From: Syntrophales bacterium
GTDB lineage: Bacteria > Desulfobacterota > Syntrophia > Syntrophales > UBA8958
Length of the DNA: 64,000 nucleotides
Reading direction: 5' to 3'
Assembly (NCBI GenBank): GCA_026416455.1
Contig: JAOAFE010000002.1
Location: 109,942-173,941 of the forward strand
Shown here piece by piece: positions 10,854 through 21,358 of the stretch (the stretch's first letter is position 1; each line of letters begins with the position of its first letter). A program made the position numbers and the translations under genes. The notes under the pieces were generated by a model. That model was not told where the DNA came from and made no database searches. It saw only the letters and a list, made by a program, of their open reading frames with translations.

Positions 10854-11227
10854 CATCAGAAAAGAGGACATCCAGAAAAGGGTTCCAGGGAGAGGAAACG
10901 GCGGCAAAATTTTTGAGAGAAAAGGGACTAAAAGTATTAGAGCGGAACTATCGGTGTCCCTTAGGTGAATTGGATATTATCGCTCGAGAGGGGCAAACGA
11001 TTGTTTTTATAGAAGTAAAATCCAGATGTTCGGACCGGTTCGGTCTCCCTATCGAAGGGGTCGACGAGAGGAAATGTAGGCGATTATCTCGCCTGGCCCT
11101 GTATTATCTGAAAGAAAAGGGTTGGGAAGGGTGTAAAGCTCGTTTTGATGTGATAGGCATCATGATGGGTAATGAGGGAAAAGTGGAGATCGATTGGGTC
11201 CGAGATGCTTTTGATTTTCGATCGTAG
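10850..11227 (+). CDS. yraN: YraN/UPF0102 family putative endonuclease
   Basis: GEETAAKFL, RNYRCPLGELDII, VFIEVKSR, ARFDVI. Confidence 0.92.
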   Translation: MTSEKRTSRKGFQGEETAAKFLREKGLKVLERNYRCPLGELDIIAREGQTIVFIEVKSRCSDRFGLPIEGVDERKCRRLSRLALYYLKEKGWEGCKARFDVIGIMMGNEGKVEIDWVRDAFDFRS

Positions 11228-11243
11228 TGGCAGGGGGTGCGAA

Positions 11244-12113
11244 GTGAAAGAAAGAAAAAAGGATGACATTGCCGGTGGGCAGGCCCTCATTGAAGGGGTA
11301 ATGATGAGGCAGGAAAATAGGATTGCCTCGGCCGTAAGGGCGCCCAGTGGCGACATCATCATCCAGGAGGAAAATTATACATCGTTAACTAAGAGGTATC
11401 GGCTATTGGGATTGATGTTCATTCGGGGTTTTGTGACGCTCATGGAGATGATGTGGGTGGGAATGAAGGCCCTTATGTTTTCGGCAGAAATCGCCCTTTC
11501 AGAAGAGAAAAAAAAACCTTCCCGTTGGGAACTTCCTCTTTCCCTCGCCATGAGTATCCTCTTGGTCATCGTTTTTTTTGTGGCTGTCCCGGCTTATTTT
11601 TTCACCCTTCTTAAGGCACACGTAGGTAGCATCCTTCTTCTCAATTTCATAGAAGGCGTCATTCGACTTACCATTTTCCTTCTTTTCCTTCTTTCCACCC
11701 TCTTCATGGCCGATATGAGAAGGGTTTTCATGTACCACGGGGCTGAACATAAGACGGTCTTCGCTTGGGAAGCTGGAGAGGAGCTAACAGTTGAGAATGT
11801 GAGAAGATACCCTACTCGACACCCACGTTGCGGCACAAGTTTCATTCTCATCGTTATGGTCGTCTCAATATTGGTTTTCTCCCTTTTGGGGCGCCCCGAT
11901 TTTCTTACGCGGGTGATTTTAAAGCTGACGCTACTCCCTTTGATATCCGGCATCTCTTATGAGATCATCCGTTTTACGGGAAGGTACCAAAACTGGGCAT
12001 GGGTAAAGTGGCTTAGTTGGCCAGGACTATGGCTTCAACATATCACAACCCGAGAGCCAACGGATGATCAAATAGAGGTAGCCATAAAGGCAATGAGAAA
12101 AGTGATCAATTAG
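11244..12113 (+). CDS. DUF1385 (YqhQ-like) membrane protein
   Basis: GGQALIEGVMM, YHGAEHK, HPRCGTSF, TTREP; likely GTG start at 11244. Confidence 0.9.
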   Translation: MKERKKDDIAGGQALIEGVMMRQENRIASAVRAPSGDIIIQEENYTSLTKRYRLLGLMFIRGFVTLMEMMWVGMKALMFSAEIALSEEKKKPSRWELPLSLAMSILLVIVFFVAVPAYFFTLLKAHVGSILLLNFIEGVIRLTIFLLFLLSTLFMADMRRVFMYHGAEHKTVFAWEAGEELTVENVRRYPTRHPRCGTSFILIVMVVSILVFSLLGRPDFLTRVILKLTLLPLISGISYEIIRFTGRYQNWAWVKWLSWPGLWLQHITTREPTDDQIEVAIKAMRKVIN

Positions 12114-12763
12114 CGATATAAACGCTCATGTATGACTTTTTCTAAATCTTTCGTCACTTCTCGGCTCAATCTCTCGAGCACGACACTCATTCCCCTTGCG
12201 AGTTCCGAGGGAGTGCGCGATGAGAGTTTATCTTCCCCTCCATAGGCCTTTTGCAGGACGATACGTTTGATCGGGTCTCTTTCGTCCGTGTCGATCAGGA
12301 TGAGATGAAGGGAAAGACGGGCAAAGGAAACCCCTTCTCGCTCCTCTCCGAGAAATTCCATTATCCTTCCTTCTAAGACGAATCTCCCGTTTTCCATATC
12401 TTCTCGGGATAGGACGATGAGTGATGGCAGGGCTTGTTTTAAATCCCTGAGGAATAGATGTTCTACCATGACGTTGGGTGGCGCCAACCAGCGTTGGCGT
12501 CGAAGGATTTCCCTACTGTAAGGTCTGTTTTGCCACACCATTTCCGGATGGGTAAAGGGGGTCAGGGATGAAATGAATTCCAGTTTCAATGTTGTTTTTT
12601 TATCCCATTTTTTTATCATGGGTGGTGTTGGATAATCGATTGCGTGATATTGGGTCACGGCCGAGGGAGGTGGGGAGGAAGTAAAACATCCGTAAAGGAA
12701 AAAAACAGCCAATATAATGGAGAAGAACTTATTTTTTATCATCATACCTTCACTCCCTTTCAA
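12110..12763 (-). CDS. ABC-transport auxiliary lipoprotein (PqiC-like)
   Basis: Lipobox LYGC, RWLAPP motif, last gene of the Mla-type operon. Confidence 0.75.
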   Translation of the reverse strand: MKGSEGMMIKNKFFSIILAVFFLYGCFTSSPPPSAVTQYHAIDYPTPPMIKKWDKKTTLKLEFISSLTPFTHPEMVWQNRPYSREILRRQRWLAPPNVMVEHLFLRDLKQALPSLIVLSREDMENGRFVLEGRIMEFLGEEREGVSFARLSLHLILIDTDERDPIKRIVLQKAYGGEDKLSSRTPSELARGMSVVLERLSREVTKDLEKVIHERLYR

Positions 12764-13670
12764 TGGGTTGGCCGAACAGGAGGTCAGCGGGATTATTCTC
12801 CAGTCTCTCCAATAGTAAGCGCATCTGGTAAGAGGTTTGTTCCAAGGAACGCAAAAGCCTTTCCGCTTGTGTCCCGAGGCGTCGCCCCTGTTGATCCAGA
12901 TTTTCCATTAACTTATCCGCCTTCTCTCCTTTCTCGGCAAGACGGAGCGTGTTAATCTCTTTTTGTAGAGAATCGATCAAGACTCTCACCTCTGCGAGAG
13001 TTTGACTAGCTTCGTCCAGTAGGCGATTGGTTTTTCCTAAAGATATGAAGGATTCTATTTTTTTTGCCATTTCTTCTATGTTACGGGTGGCGCTTTCGAG
13101 ATGATCGATGGTTTGAGCGAGTTTTTCATTTCGGAAAAAGCTGTTTATACCTGCCGCGGCATGCTTGAACTCTTCCGTTAAGCCCTCGAAGTCTATAGCC
13201 TTTATTTTATTGTATATCTCCGCCACCCCCTGCATGATTTGTTTGATGTCCGAAGGCCTGGTGACGATGACGGGATAGGGGGGATCGAAGGTAAGGTTGC
13301 GACCCGTCACATTTTCTCCTCCCTCTAAACGGTCGAGTTCAATAAATACAATACCGGTAATGCCAGCCGTTTTCAACTGGGCTACTATTTTCTCCTTCTC
13401 CTCCATTTTGAACCGCAACTTCATGATAACCTCCACGAGACGGTGGTCAGGAGCTACACTGATGGATACCACTCGGCCTACTTCAACTCCCCTATATTTA
13501 ACGCTTGAGTCAACCTGCAATCCTTGAACTGACTCGTCGAAATAGGATGCATAGAGGTCTCCTTTTTCGAAGTAACGAGCGGCCCCGAGCCATATTACCA
13601 ATACAAGCCCTAAAAGAAGTCCGAAGGTGACAAAGAGGCCGAGCAAAAATCGAGAATATCTTTTGGTCAT
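12750..13670 (-). CDS. mlaD: MCE/MlaD family substrate-binding protein
   Basis: N-terminal TM, SVQGLQVDSSVKYRGVEVGRV, GITGIVFIEL, long helical tail. Confidence 0.9.
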   Translation of the reverse strand: MTKRYSRFLLGLFVTFGLLLGLVLVIWLGAARYFEKGDLYASYFDESVQGLQVDSSVKYRGVEVGRVVSISVAPDHRLVEVIMKLRFKMEEKEKIVAQLKTAGITGIVFIELDRLEGGENVTGRNLTFDPPYPVIVTRPSDIKQIMQGVAEIYNKIKAIDFEGLTEEFKHAAAGINSFFRNEKLAQTIDHLESATRNIEEMAKKIESFISLGKTNRLLDEASQTLAEVRVLIDSLQKEINTLRLAEKGEKADKLMENLDQQGRRLGTQAERLLRSLEQTSYQMRLLLERLENNPADLLFGQPIERE

Positions 13671-13681
13671 ATCCTTCCCCC

Positions 13682-14431
13682 TTAAGGCGATTTCCTCTGA
13701 AAGAAATTCATGACGCGGCGGTCAGCCTCAAACTCGGCCAGCTGTTTGGGTGTGCCGTAGGCAATGATCCCTTTTTCTTCGCTATGGAGTAAAATGACCT
13801 CGTGGGCCAGGCGGAAGATGAGTTCCAGATCGTGGGTAACAATTACCATCGTCGTTTCCATTCCCTTATTGATGGTGGAAATGAGATCGTAAATTTCCCT
13901 CGCCGTGACAGGATCCAATCCCGCCGTGGGTTCATCAAAAAAGAGGATGGCCGGATCCAGGGCCATTGCCCGCGCGAGGCCTGCCCTCTTCCTCATTCCA
14001 CCTGACAGTTCAGCGGGATAATGATTCTCATACCCAGCAAGATTCACCATACTTAATTTGGCTCGTATGAGCTGAGCAAGAAAAAAAGGGGGTATTTTTT
14101 TTACTTCTTTCAGGGGCAAGGCGATATTCTCCGCGAGGGTCATGGAGCCGATGAGACCTCCGGACTGAAAGAGAACACCGAACCTTTTGCGGTGGGCATT
14201 TATCGTTTCATCATCGGCGGTTGCCATATCCACACCCTCGACGATAATACGCCCCACATGGGGACGCATGAGACCGATCAAATACTTAAGTAGGGTAGAC
14301 TTCCCACATCCACTGCCTCCCACGATGGCAAAGATTTCCCCCCTCTTAACTTGGAAACTCACGTCACTGAGAATGACATTTTCTCCGTAGGCAGCCTGCA
14401 GGTTTTCGACGACGATTACTTCTTCCACCAT
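13682..14431 (-). CDS. mlaF: MlaF-type ABC ATP-binding protein
   Basis: GGSGCGKS, LSGGMRKRAGLARAMALDP, DEPTAGLDP. Confidence 0.92.
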   Translation of the reverse strand: MVEEVIVVENLQAAYGENVILSDVSFQVKRGEIFAIVGGSGCGKSTLLKYLIGLMRPHVGRIIVEGVDMATADDETINAHRKRFGVLFQSGGLIGSMTLAENIALPLKEVKKIPPFFLAQLIRAKLSMVNLAGYENHYPAELSGGMRKRAGLARAMALDPAILFFDEPTAGLDPVTAREIYDLISTINKGMETTMVIVTHDLELIFRLAHEVILLHSEEKGIIAYGTPKQLAEFEADRRVMNFFQRKSP

Positions 14432-14432
14432 C

Positions 14433-15548
14433 TTACCCTAAGTAGTGAAGTAAAACCGCATAAGCGGCATCGGCAGCGATGATCAGAAAAATGGAGGTAA
14501 CCACGGCTGAAGTAGTGGCTTCTCCGACAGCCTCCGCTCCACCCACTACCTGAAATCCACGGTGACAACCGATACCGGCGATGAGGATGGCAAAGGTGAA
14601 GGCTTTAAGGAGGCTGGTTATCACATCCCACAGCTCTACGCCGCGAAAAGATTCTTTCAGGTAGGTAGTAAGGGTGATATCGAGGCCGATGATACCTACT
14701 ATGAGACCGCCGAGAATGCCGAACATCATGGCATACAGGGTTAAAAGGGGAACAACGATGGAAGTGGCGATTATTTTGGGAATGGCCAAGAAGCGGATAG
14801 GATGAAATCCCATGGTGGTAAGAGCGTCAACTTCTTCATTCACGATCATCGTGCCTATCTCGGCAGCAAAGGACGATCCGGAACGGCCGGCCACAATGAT
14901 GGCCGTCATCATAGGACCTAACTCTTTTACGATGGCAATGCCAACAAGGGAGGCAACATATATGTTAGCTCCCAGTTGTCGAAGCTGAAGGGAAGACATA
15001 AAGGCCATGATCAGTCCGATCAGTAGACTGAGGAGACCTACTATCGGTAAGGCATCGGCACCCGTACGCCGCATGTTAACAAGGATATCACCCCATCTCA
15101 ATGAGCGAGGATGGAGGAGACAGTAAGGGATTGAAACCAGGAGCTCTCCGACGAACGTTAAAATAGTATAGAAATCATGCGCTATTTTAACGCACAGATC
15201 TCCCGTCGCTTCGAAGAAAGATACCCTTTTTTCGATTTCGTGGAGAGGAGGCAGATTGAGGGCTTGGCGATCTATAAGGTTTAAGACCTTCCTTACATCG
15301 TCGTTCATCCCCTTCCAGGCGACGACGAGCGATCTTTTCCGCGACTCTTCTTCTATATGGGTTAGGGCGAGGGCACCAGCTGAATCCACCTTTTTTAGAT
15401 CCGTAAGATTTATTTCCAGGGATGTTGAATTTTTTTGTTTCAGAATGCCCTCAATTTCTTCCAAGAAGGACGGTACGTCGGGAAGGAGAAGCTCTCCCGC
15501 CATTAATATCCTGTCCGCTTTCTGTTCCATTCGGTATCCTTTGGTCAC
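14433..15548 (-). CDS. mlaE: MlaE permease with N-terminal STAS domain
   Basis: STAS motif VDSAG; ELGPMMTAIIVAGRSGSSFAAEIGTM; VGEATTSAVV. Confidence 0.92.
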   Translation of the reverse strand: MTKGYRMEQKADRILMAGELLLPDVPSFLEEIEGILKQKNSTSLEINLTDLKKVDSAGALALTHIEEESRKRSLVVAWKGMNDDVRKVLNLIDRQALNLPPLHEIEKRVSFFEATGDLCVKIAHDFYTILTFVGELLVSIPYCLLHPRSLRWGDILVNMRRTGADALPIVGLLSLLIGLIMAFMSSLQLRQLGANIYVASLVGIAIVKELGPMMTAIIVAGRSGSSFAAEIGTMIVNEEVDALTTMGFHPIRFLAIPKIIATSIVVPLLTLYAMMFGILGGLIVGIIGLDITLTTYLKESFRGVELWDVITSLLKAFTFAILIAGIGCHRGFQVVGGAEAVGEATTSAVVTSIFLIIAADAAYAVLLHYLG

Positions 15549-18166
15549 GTCCTGCCCTCTTTTTCCTCCTTTTTTAGACGTGTCTGCCAGTCGTTTATCA
15601 TATTTATAGCCTCGATGGGAGTCAGGCGAGAGATATCAAGTTCCTTTATTTCTTCCCCAATTTTCTCTTTTTCATCCATGAAGAGGGGGAGCTGATTGAT
15701 TTCTTTTTCTCTCCTTCGGTGCTTGGGTTTCAGGCGGTTTAAGTGGTTAGTTTCCTCTTGCTCCAGCTGGGAAAGAATCTCTTGCGCTCGATTGATGACC
15801 TCATCGGGAAGGCCGGCCAATTTGGCTACGTAGATGCCGTAGCTTCGGCTCGTTCCACCCTCCGCAATCCGATGGAGAAAGATAATCTTATCACCCCATT
15901 CCCGGACGGCAACGTGATAATTCTTCACACCCGACCGGTTGTGGGCCAGTTCTATGAGCTGATGATAGTGGGTGGCAAACAGGGTGCGGGCGCCTAACCG
16001 CTCTGGGTCCGATATGTACTCCGCTACGGCCCACGCGATACTGAAGCCGTCAAAGGTGCTTGTTCCACGGCCTACTTCGTCCAAGATGATGAGACTTCTA
16101 GGGGAGGCGTGTTTCAAGATATTGGCCACTTCCATCATTTCCACCATGAAGGTACTCTGACCTCGGGCCAGATTGTCGGCAGAGCCAATCCGGGTAAATA
16201 TTCTATCGACGATACCGATGCGGGCTTCTGCTGCGGGCACAAAACTCCCCATCTGGGCTAAGATGGTTATAAGTGCAACCTGACGGATGTAGGTAGATTT
16301 TCCTGACATGTTAGGGCCGGTAATGACAAGAAACCTGTTCTCCTCCGTATCCAGGAGAGTATCGTTTGGAACAAACCTCTCTTCCCTCATCGTTTGCTCT
16401 ATGACTGGATGGCGGCCCTCTCGGATGTATATAACTGGGCTATAGTCGATAAAAGGACAGGTGTAGTCGTATTTTTCTGCCACGTGCGCCAGAGTAGCTA
16501 ATGCATCAAGATCGGCTAAGGCCGAGGCTGTTTCCTGTATCCTTCCAATATGGGGTATAAGCTCACGACGAAAGGAGACAAACAGATCGTATTCGAGAGA
16601 TTTGCGCCTCTCTTCGCTGGTGAGGACTGCATGCTCGTAATTTTTCAAGGCTTGATTCGTATACCTTTCGGCATTGACCAGCGTTTGTTTCCTCACATAA
16701 TCGGGAGGGACGAGGTGCGTATTGGCTTTGGTCACCTCGATATAATAGCCGAAAACAGAGTTGAATCCTATCTTGAGAGAAGAAATGCCGGTCCTTTTTC
16801 TTTCCCACTCCTCAAGGGAAGCGATCCCGTTCTTTCCATCGCTGGAGATAGCGATAAGTTCGTCCAGTTCCTTATAGAAGCCCGGTCGGAAGATGCCTCC
16901 CTCCTTGAGGCCGATGGGAGGTGTTTCTACCAGGGCGACATCGATTTTGTTGTGAATGTCCGTAAGTTCGTCTATCCGAGAGTCAATAGACTGGAGAAGA
17001 CTTGATCCCAGAGGCCTAAGGAGATTTTTTATTTCCCGTAAGCGGGCAAGTGAATTTTTGAGGGCAATCACATCCCTTGGGTTGGCCGCCTCCAGTCCTA
17101 TTTTACCGGCTATGCGCTCTAAATCCTGCATTTGTCCCAACAGGTGCCTTATATCGGTACGTATGAGGTGTTTTTCCTTTAATTCTCGAACGGCATCGAG
17201 ACGTTCCCTGATGCGCTCGGGATTCGTGAGAGGAGAGCGCAGCCACCACCGAATGCGACGCCCACCCATGGCAGTCACCGTTTCGTCCAGAAGACTGATG
17301 AGGGTACCCTTTCTTCCCCCCTCTTGAAGATTGAAAAAAAGTTCTAGAGTCGCTTGGCAGGCTTCATCGAGTACGAGGTAATCCGTGGGGCGGAATTCTT
17401 GCAGGTAATTGATGTGGGAAAGATGCTCTCTTTGGGTTTCTTCCACGTACCTAAGTAACGCCTGCAGAGGAGGCAAAAGCCAGGGCCTATGCTTTAGGCG
17501 GAGGGTTTCTATATTTTCACGGGAAAAGTATCGCTCATAACACGGTGCTTCCCTGTTCACAGAGAAGTACTCTGTCTTTAGTCTATTTACCAAAGCGTTG
17601 GGCCATAGACGGCGGATAGATATGTCATCAGTTTCCTCCGGCACCAGTATCTCTTTTACATTCAGAGAGGTAAAGTCTTGCAGGCGTGAGGGAAGATCGA
17701 GGTTCGAGATGTATATCTCACCCGTTGAGATATCAGTGAAGGCAAAGCCACCAGTATCTCCATTTCGGTAGTAGGCAGCAAGGAAGTTGTTTTCCTTGGC
17801 CTCGAGGGTTTCTGTGTCCACGACACAACCGGGGGTAATTATCCTCACCACGTCCCTTTTTACTATACCTTTGGCCTTCTGTGGGTCTTCTAGTTGCTCG
17901 CAGATGGCTACTTTGTAACCTTTTTCTACCAATCGTGCGATGTAGGAATGGGCAGCGTGGTAGGGAAAGCCACATAATGGAACGGCATCAGCTTTATTCT
18001 TATCCCGACTGGTCAGGGCAATTTCGAGAAGACGGGACGCCTCAATGGCATCTTCGAAGAACATCTCGTAGAAATCACCCATGCGAAAGAGGAGAATACA
18101 GTCTTGGTATCGCTCCTTTAAAGAGAGATACTGTTTCATGGCCGGTGTGAGGGTGTCTCGATCCAT
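15545..18166 (-). CDS. mutS: DNA mismatch repair protein MutS
   Basis: TPAMKQY, RMGDFYEMF, TGPNMSGKSTY, GQSTFMVEM, DEVGRGTST, SYGIYVAKLAG. Confidence 0.98.
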   Translation of the reverse strand: MDRDTLTPAMKQYLSLKERYQDCILLFRMGDFYEMFFEDAIEASRLLEIALTSRDKNKADAVPLCGFPYHAAHSYIARLVEKGYKVAICEQLEDPQKAKGIVKRDVVRIITPGCVVDTETLEAKENNFLAAYYRNGDTGGFAFTDISTGEIYISNLDLPSRLQDFTSLNVKEILVPEETDDISIRRLWPNALVNRLKTEYFSVNREAPCYERYFSRENIETLRLKHRPWLLPPLQALLRYVEETQREHLSHINYLQEFRPTDYLVLDEACQATLELFFNLQEGGRKGTLISLLDETVTAMGGRRIRWWLRSPLTNPERIRERLDAVRELKEKHLIRTDIRHLLGQMQDLERIAGKIGLEAANPRDVIALKNSLARLREIKNLLRPLGSSLLQSIDSRIDELTDIHNKIDVALVETPPIGLKEGGIFRPGFYKELDELIAISSDGKNGIASLEEWERKRTGISSLKIGFNSVFGYYIEVTKANTHLVPPDYVRKQTLVNAERYTNQALKNYEHAVLTSEERRKSLEYDLFVSFRRELIPHIGRIQETASALADLDALATLAHVAEKYDYTCPFIDYSPVIYIREGRHPVIEQTMREERFVPNDTLLDTEENRFLVITGPNMSGKSTYIRQVALITILAQMGSFVPAAEARIGIVDRIFTRIGSADNLARGQSTFMVEMMEVANILKHASPRSLIILDEVGRGTSTFDGFSIAWAVAEYISDPERLGARTLFATHYHQLIELAHNRSGVKNYHVAVREWGDKIIFLHRIAEGGTSRSYGIYVAKLAGLPDEVINRAQEILSQLEQEETNHLNRLKPKHRRREKEINQLPLFMDEKEKIGEEIKELDISRLTPIEAINMINDWQTRLKKEEKEGRT

Positions 18167-18167
18167 G

Positions 18168-18515
18168 CTATCCACGTTCAGGGATAAAAACGGATAGGGC
18201 CCAGTTGATGATGCTGATAACTATGGCCCCCAAAATGGCCGGCCAGAAGCCCTGTACTTCAAAACCGGAAATGACACCGGTGGTCATCTTGAGAAGAAAG
18301 GCGTTGATGATGAATGTGAAGAGTCCCAAGGTAAGAAGGTTAATGGGGAGGGTCAGGATAAGTAGGAGAGGTTTTAGGAGCGCATTCAAAATGCCCAAAA
18401 CTGCTGCGGCCAGGAAGGCCGTGGGGAAACCGGCTATTTTTATGCCCTCAATGAGGTAGGAAGCGGTTAGAATCGCTGCTGTAAGGATCAGCCATCTAGC
18501 GACTAATATCCTCAC
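18168..18515 (-). CDS. Four-TM membrane protein, YvlD/'phage holin 4-2' family
   Basis: LNALLKPLLLILTLPINLLTLGLFTFIINA signature. Confidence 0.85.
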   Translation of the reverse strand: MRILVARWLILTAAILTASYLIEGIKIAGFPTAFLAAAVLGILNALLKPLLLILTLPINLLTLGLFTFIINAFLLKMTTGVISGFEVQGFWPAILGAIVISIINWALSVFIPERG

Positions 18516-18536
18516 GCTCTAATACTCCTTAAATTT

Positions 18537-19031
18537 CTATCCGAAGTTAACGAAGAGCTCTTTTTTAGCGCCGCAGATAGGACATTCTTCCGGAAGGATA
18601 CCGTCGGATACGTATCCGCAGAGAGTGCACACATAATAAATGGTTTCCCTTTCTTCCAGTAGGTGGTTCATGGCCTCTTTGTAAAGTTTGGCGTGAATTT
18701 CTTCTACATCTCTGCTCTGGCTAAAATGTATTGACGCCGCTCGATCTCCTTCGGCCTCAGCTATTTTTACGAAATTTCCATATGCCACCTCTGCGACCGT
18801 TTGTTCCGATTCGAAACTGGCCTTTAGGTTTTCTTCCGTAGATTTTGCCGCTCTTAAAAGCCGGAGGGCCCTTTTGCCGTGTATTTCTTCTGAGAAGGCT
18901 ATAACAGAAAAGAGCTTTGCTATCTGCGGCAAACCTTCTTTTTCCGCTATTTCTGCATAGAGTTTAAGTCTAAGGGCAGCTTTTGCTTCCCCCGTGTATG
19001 CTTGATGAAGGGCTTCTTCGACTTTCGTCAT
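18537..19031 (-). CDS. Rubrerythrin
   Basis: Two ExxH diiron motifs (EEIH) plus C-terminal CxxC...CxxC rubredoxin-like domain. Confidence 0.92.
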   Translation of the reverse strand: MTKVEEALHQAYTGEAKAALRLKLYAEIAEKEGLPQIAKLFSVIAFSEEIHGKRALRLLRAAKSTEENLKASFESEQTVAEVAYGNFVKIAEAEGDRAASIHFSQSRDVEEIHAKLYKEAMNHLLEERETIYYVCTLCGYVSDGILPEECPICGAKKELFVNFG

Positions 19032-19050
19032 CGTGCATTACCTCGGACAT

Positions 19051-19209
19051 TTATTCTGGAGAAAAATCATCTTTCGATGAACCGCAGATGGGACAGACCC
19101 AATCGTCTGGTAGATCTTCAAAGGCCGTGCCGGGGGGGATACCTCCTTCTGGATCGCCCTGGGCAGGGTCGTAAACGTAACCGCAGACGTTGCAGACATA
19201 TCTTTTCAT
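19051..19209 (-). CDS. Rubredoxin
   Basis: [15 protein letters not shown]...DWVCPICG, 52 aa; true start 19209 with SD AGGAGG (the ORF track over-extends it to 19527). Confidence 0.97.
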   Translation of the reverse strand: MKRYVCNVCGYVYDPAQGDPEGGIPPGTAFEDLPDDWVCPICGSSKDDFSPE

Positions 19210-19220
19210 TATTGCCTCCT

Positions 19221-20444
19221 TTAGCTGATTTCTTTTACTCTCTTTTCGATTTCGGTGGCTATTCTCTCTCCTAAATGTCGGCAGGAAAGAAGATCGAAAG
19301 CCGCCGGTACATGCTTGACCCGAATCGGCTCTTCCTGAATTTCTACCTTCATTTCTTTTAAAATTTCCATGGCCTGGAGAGCACCTTCTCCACTCCACCC
19401 ATAAGAGCCGAAGGTGGCACCGATGAGGTTTTGAGGTCTTAAGCCTTTCGCGTAAGTGAGCAGGTCGGCGACGGCGGGGAGCATATTGTTGTTCAAGGTA
19501 GATGTGCCTACGATGAAGGCGCCGCATTCTAAAAGTTCATAGATCACATCGCTCCGGTGAAAGACGTCACAGGACATGATGGCGACCTTAACCCCTTTCG
19601 ATGCCAATCCCTCCCCAATGTGTCTTGCCATCTTTTCCGTACTCTGCCACATAGTTCCGTAGGCAATCACCGCTTTCATGGAAGGTTTCTGGAGAGCCCA
19701 TCTACTGTAGTTTCCGATGATATGGTCTAGGTTTTTTCGCCAAATAGGTCCGTGATCGGGGGCGATCATGCGAAAAGTAAGGCCCAAAGCGGAGACCCGG
19801 TTTATGAGCTTGGTCACCAAAGGAGAATAGGGCAGAATGATATTGGCAAAGTATGTGGCCGCTTCGTAATTTAAGATGTCATAATCTATTTCGTCGGCAA
19901 ACCTCTCTTGGGTGGCAAGGTGCATCCCAAAGGCGTCTTGGGAAAAGAGGATTTCCTCTTCATGGAGGTAGGAAAACATACTATCTGGCCAATGGAGCAT
20001 GCGCGTTTCTAGGAAAGAGAGAGTCATGTTGCCTAATGACACCTTCTCACCATCGGCTACGGGTTTAACCTCTGAGAAGTTCGGGAATATCTCCTTCAGC
20101 GTCTTTACGCCCATTGGCGAGGCATATATTTCTTTGGGGGCCAATTCTCTGGCGACCTCTTCCAGACAACCGCTGTGATCCATCTCGGAATGATTGGAGA
20201 TGATTATTTCTATGCGGCGTGGGTCGACAACAGAGGCGATGCGGGACAGCATCTCCTCCTTAAATGGTTTTTTCACCGTATCAATGAGGGTTATTCGGTC
20301 GGCGAGAATGAGGTAGGCATTGTAGGAAGTTCCTCGGTGGGTGGTGTACCCATGGAAATCCCGTAGATTCCAGTCAATCGCCCCTACCCAATACACCCTT
20401 TCCGTGAGAGGTATAGCGCGGTATTCTTCCTTCATAATCGCCAT
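19221..20444 (-). CDS. fprA: Flavodiiron protein (FprA / rubredoxin:oxygen oxidoreductase)
   Basis: [28 protein letters not shown], flavodoxin domain FGSYGWSG. Confidence 0.93.
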   Translation of the reverse strand: MAIMKEEYRAIPLTERVYWVGAIDWNLRDFHGYTTHRGTSYNAYLILADRITLIDTVKKPFKEEMLSRIASVVDPRRIEIIISNHSEMDHSGCLEEVARELAPKEIYASPMGVKTLKEIFPNFSEVKPVADGEKVSLGNMTLSFLETRMLHWPDSMFSYLHEEEILFSQDAFGMHLATQERFADEIDYDILNYEAATYFANIILPYSPLVTKLINRVSALGLTFRMIAPDHGPIWRKNLDHIIGNYSRWALQKPSMKAVIAYGTMWQSTEKMARHIGEGLASKGVKVAIMSCDVFHRSDVIYELLECGAFIVGTSTLNNNMLPAVADLLTYAKGLRPQNLIGATFGSYGWSGEGALQAMEILKEMKVEIQEEPIRVKHVPAAFDLLSCRHLGERIATEIEKRVKEIS

Positions 20445-20482
20445 TCTCCTTACAAATATTTAATGTTTATCTCCTCTAACAT

Positions 20483-21277
20483 CTACGGCAATGATATGTC
20501 AATTGGTGCTTCCGGATTTTGTATCTCTCCCTCTAAGGGAGAGGGTTCTTTGGCTGGCCCAGTCATCACTTCATCGTATTCCGGTATGACGATACCTCTT
20601 TTAACCATGATTTGATAAATACGCTCAGCCCGTTTCGCTACGTATCCGGTTTCACTTAAGGGGTGGTATTTAAGGGGGTTGGGGAGTATGGCGGCGAGTT
20701 TCGCTCCTTCCATGGCGGTGAGTTCAGCCGCCGGCTTACCAAAGTAACGGCGGGCGGCCGCTTCTATGCCGAAAATGCCATCCCCCCATTCGGCATAGTT
20801 TAGATACAGTTCTATGATTCTCCTCTTCGGGAGTTGACGTTCTAATCGCCACGTGAGGATAGCCTCTTTTATTTTTCGCACAATGCTTTTTTTGGGGGTA
20901 AGAAATAGATTTTTGGCCAACTGTTGGCTGATGGTACTTCCCCCGATGGAGAAGGCTTTTTTTTCTAAGTCCTTTTTTAAGGCCTTTTGTATGGCTTCGT
21001 AGTCAAATCCTTCGTGTCGCCAAAATTTATCGTCTTCGGCAATGATTACGGCTTTCACCGCGTAAGGCGAAATCTGGGAGAGGGGTACCCATATCTGATG
21101 GGGCTTTTTTCTTTTTCCCTCTTGGGCCCATTGTTTTTCTCTGAATTCCATGAAGGCTGTTTTTTTGGGATTTTGCCATTTCAACTGGGAGATATCCGGG
21201 TAGAAAAGGTACACGGCTATCTGCCCCAGGAAGGCTAAGAGAAGCAAAATTATAAAAAATAGAATAATTTTTTTCAT
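20483..21277 (-). CDS. mtgA: Monofunctional peptidoglycan transglycosylase
   Basis: AEDDKFWRHEGFD, GGSTISQQLAKNLFL, RKIKE, IIELYLN. Confidence 0.93.
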   Translation of the reverse strand: MKKIILFFIILLLLAFLGQIAVYLFYPDISQLKWQNPKKTAFMEFREKQWAQEGKRKKPHQIWVPLSQISPYAVKAVIIAEDDKFWRHEGFDYEAIQKALKKDLEKKAFSIGGSTISQQLAKNLFLTPKKSIVRKIKEAILTWRLERQLPKRRIIELYLNYAEWGDGIFGIEAAARRYFGKPAAELTAMEGAKLAAILPNPLKYHPLSETGYVAKRAERIYQIMVKRGIVIPEYDEVMTGPAKEPSPLEGEIQNPEAPIDISLP

Positions 21278-21358
21278 TTGCCCTCAGAAAAAGCAGGGCT
21301 AATTTAAAACTGCCCCCGTCGTTTGACAAGGCTAAATATCATGTGACATGTAGTCATT

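Noticed and set aside
18168-18515. 'Phage holin' as evidence of a prophage
   Set aside because: YvlD-type membrane proteins are common chromosomal genes; no endolysin, integrase or structural genes are nearby
19051-19527. 158-aa ORF as an extended rubredoxin fusion
   Set aside because: The extension overlaps fprA in another frame; the SD and ATG at 19209 give a canonical 52-aa rubredoxin
21323-21358. TTGACA plus CATGTGACATG palindrome upstream of the NCS2 permease, or a purine riboswitch
   Set aside because: No convincing -10, the palindrome is short, and the 81-nt intergenic region shows no riboswitch consensus
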